DNA from: Harriotta raleighana
Taxonomy: Eukaryota
DNA: 64,000 nt
Assembly: GCA_050575255.1 (NCBI GenBank)
Contig: JBNZDD010013679.1
Location: 2,593,367-2,657,366, forward strand
Reading direction: 5' to 3'
Part shown: piece by piece, positions 61,461 through 64,000 of the stretch
How positions within the stretch are numbered: position 1 is the stretch's first letter
Layout: every line of letters begins with the position of its first letter
Notes under the pieces: model-generated
What the model saw: only the letters and a program-made list of their open reading frames with translations
The model's database searches: none
Told to the model about the DNA's origin: nothing
Made by a program: the position numbers and the translations under genes

Positions 61461-62619
61461 TAGGGTATTGAAATGAGCATGAAATGACCCCAAATAAAGG
61501 TATCATCCAATCTTTAATCCATAGCCTGTTTTGAGAGCATGGATTAGAAACACTTTCCCATTGATATTGCATTCTTTATCATACTAGTGATAGTTGATGA
61601 ATGGGGAATATATTGTGGAAATGCATTCAAACTGTAAAATTCAAACTTGCATTCAATGATGAAAAGTAGGAGTGAAAAGCAATCTATAGACCAGGTCAGA
61701 CAAATGGAGAGTACAGTATAGATAATTAAGTAAGATTGGAAGACATTGTTAATTTCTGTGGGAGTCCACAGTTTGAGCTTTCATTGGAATTCTCAATCCT
61801 TCAGGTGAAGCATAAGTAAAGGTTTCCGAAGAAGTGTTGTGATATAAGGTTATTGAGGATATGTTCTGCAGGTAGAAAAAGTCATTCGAGGAGAAGACTG
61901 ATTGTTATGTTTGAAATAGCTAGGGGCTCAAGCAAAACACCAAGACAATGTACCAAGACATCAATAAGGGTAATGGAGGTTCAATATTATGTGACAATTG
62001 GCAGAACACATTTCTCCTTGAAATTCAAATTGAGAAGAGTATTCCACTGAATTATTTCACTTCCTTAACCAGTGATCTCTGTAGTTTTTCTTACTGATAT
62101 TCCCAAATTTTTGGTGATTCAATGTGAAATGCAGTCAGTTTTGTGCTGTGGACTACGCTCTCCCTTAGGGAACGAGACGTGAGCGCTCAAGACAAATTTC
62201 ATGTAGAACTCTTACAGCTTCAGATCAAAAGGAACAATGCATGAATCAAACATATGTAATGGATCAGATGGATAGAACCACGAGCAATGCCAAGATCAGT
62301 CTTGCACAGACTGGTGGATCACCAGGGAGATTATATATTGAACTTTGTGGTGGGGGGGGGGAAGTGGGGGAACTATAGAGGGAAAAAGCACACAGCTTTT
62401 AGCTCCATTTCAATTGCTGGCATAGGGAATTCACAGTAAGAAATGAAAGGATGCTGAGTGCTTATGTTTGTTAGCTGCCAAGTACATCCACTGCATTCGA
62501 TATGTAGGGCAGATAATACGGTGCTCTGCATGGGCAGGGTATGGATTATGCTAAATTACTGATACTATATTGCTGGACATGTGCAGTGGAATATTTTCCT
62601 TAAAGTGGAGGGCCACATG

Positions 62620-63220
62620 ACTCTTCGACAAATTATGGCTCTGGTTCTCCATCACTAATCAACTCCTCCAGTCCTCCTCTCCTCACCTCTGATTCCAAAT
62701 AGAAGGAGATCATCTCTTGAGCAAAGTCTTCCAAGCTGCATCTTTCTCCTCCTCTCTCTTCTGTTCATTCCACCCCACCTCCCCTATGCCCTCTTTCTCT
62801 ATATTCCAATGAAACACATGGAGACACCAATCCTCCTTTACCCATCTTTACTCACTCACACAAAGCACATCTCCTATTATCGATACCAATCTCCCTCCCC
62901 CCACCTTCTGTTTACAGCTCCCTCCATTCCTAGCTTGAACCCTTCTGAGACAGGAGATCAATACTGAGATAGCACTCATCAAAAATTGGTAATGAAGTAC
63001 CCTCACTCTCTGACCAGGGTTCCTTGTGCCTTCTTGTCGGCTTGGACCGCTCTGCTATTTTCTGATGCTGTTGACTACTCCACTCTCCTTGATATCCTCT
63101 CCTCTCATCTCCTCTCCACCTCGATTGGAACCACATTCTACTGGTTCCAATCCAACTACACCCCCCGCCTCCACTTCATCCCATTCCACACTTTTTCCTC
63201 CCGCCATTGCATGGTCACTG
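62620..63220 (+). mobile_element. Decayed L2 linker / RT N-terminal fragment
   Basis: STEIALIK...DQGSLCLLVGLDRSA...DAVDYSTLLDILS...WFQSNY. Confidence 0.8.
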
Positions 63221-64000
63221 TTATATAAGAATGGACAATTAGTCAAATGGATTATTTGGGAGTTAATGGAACCGCTAATCCCTCATGTATAAGTGACTTC
63301 AGCAGTGGAGAGAACATAGCAGTAAATAGCAGTAAATTTCCTTGGTTTTGCTCCTGTTATTATAAATATGTGTAATAAGATGAGCATGTGTGTATATATA
63401 TCTATACTGTGTATAGATATATATTTATGAAGCCATAGCATCCTTTCAATCAGTATGCTCCTTGTTGAGGGTTTTGAGAGTCTATGTTTAGCTGGTGAAT
63501 GCTAATCAGGCTTGCAGGGTTACTGAGGCTGACAGGTTGAAGGAGATTAATTAAACTGCATAGTTGAAATTATAAAATCAGTGAAGCACCCTGAGTAAAG
63601 GATTAATTCACCTCATGCTGGTGGCCTCAGTAACTCCTCCAAGACAACCATCTATTGACATCATGAACTCTGCATGTAAACAAAAGACTTAAAGAAGCTC
63701 AAGAAAATGTGTTCAGCAAACCACCTCTTTAGTATTTGGCGAGAGAAGAAAGCTGCAACATTCATATGTGTATGATTCACCTCAGACATAAGTCACATGG
63801 TGAAGTGTTTTTGACATGATCCATGTCACTGACATGTCTGTGAATAAAAGTCTCATTCAGGAAAGTGTGACCTTCAAAGCTCAGCATGATATTAATATTG
63901 CTTGTAATTTTTTATTTTTTATACCCATGTTCTTTTTGTCAATGTGCCTTGAATGCAAACACTGCTCCCTCTTGTATCCTTCAATCTGAATTATTTTTTA

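Overview
Repeat-dense eukaryotic (vertebrate) genomic DNA with no recognisable host gene. The repeat set points to a cartilaginous fish (inference): tRNA-headed SINEs with L2-type tails, Deu-domain SINEs, many L2 and CR1/HER1-like LINE fragments and a Penelope-type palindrome. Essentially all ORFs in the supplied track are LINE remnants, antisense frames of LINEs, or chance ORFs. Reading across frameshifts I also found decayed fossils of a Harbinger (HARBI1-like) transposase, a probable DIRS tyrosine recombinase, an RTE LINE and an ancient L2 reverse transcriptase. Other notable structures: nested Tc1/mariner and hAT MITEs; a ~340-bp dispersed repeat in at least 4 copies that I cannot classify; a composite SINE/L2 element with a duplicated internal module; repeated antisense L2 insertion at one identical junction (GTGAAA|CAACAA) inside other L2 tails; TE-free tracts that may be conserved regulatory DNA; and N-flanked duplications that look like assembly artefacts. 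All family assignments come from motif recognition by eye, and boundaries are approximate unless a TIR or TSD is quoted. I found no evidence for a novel multi-gene system.
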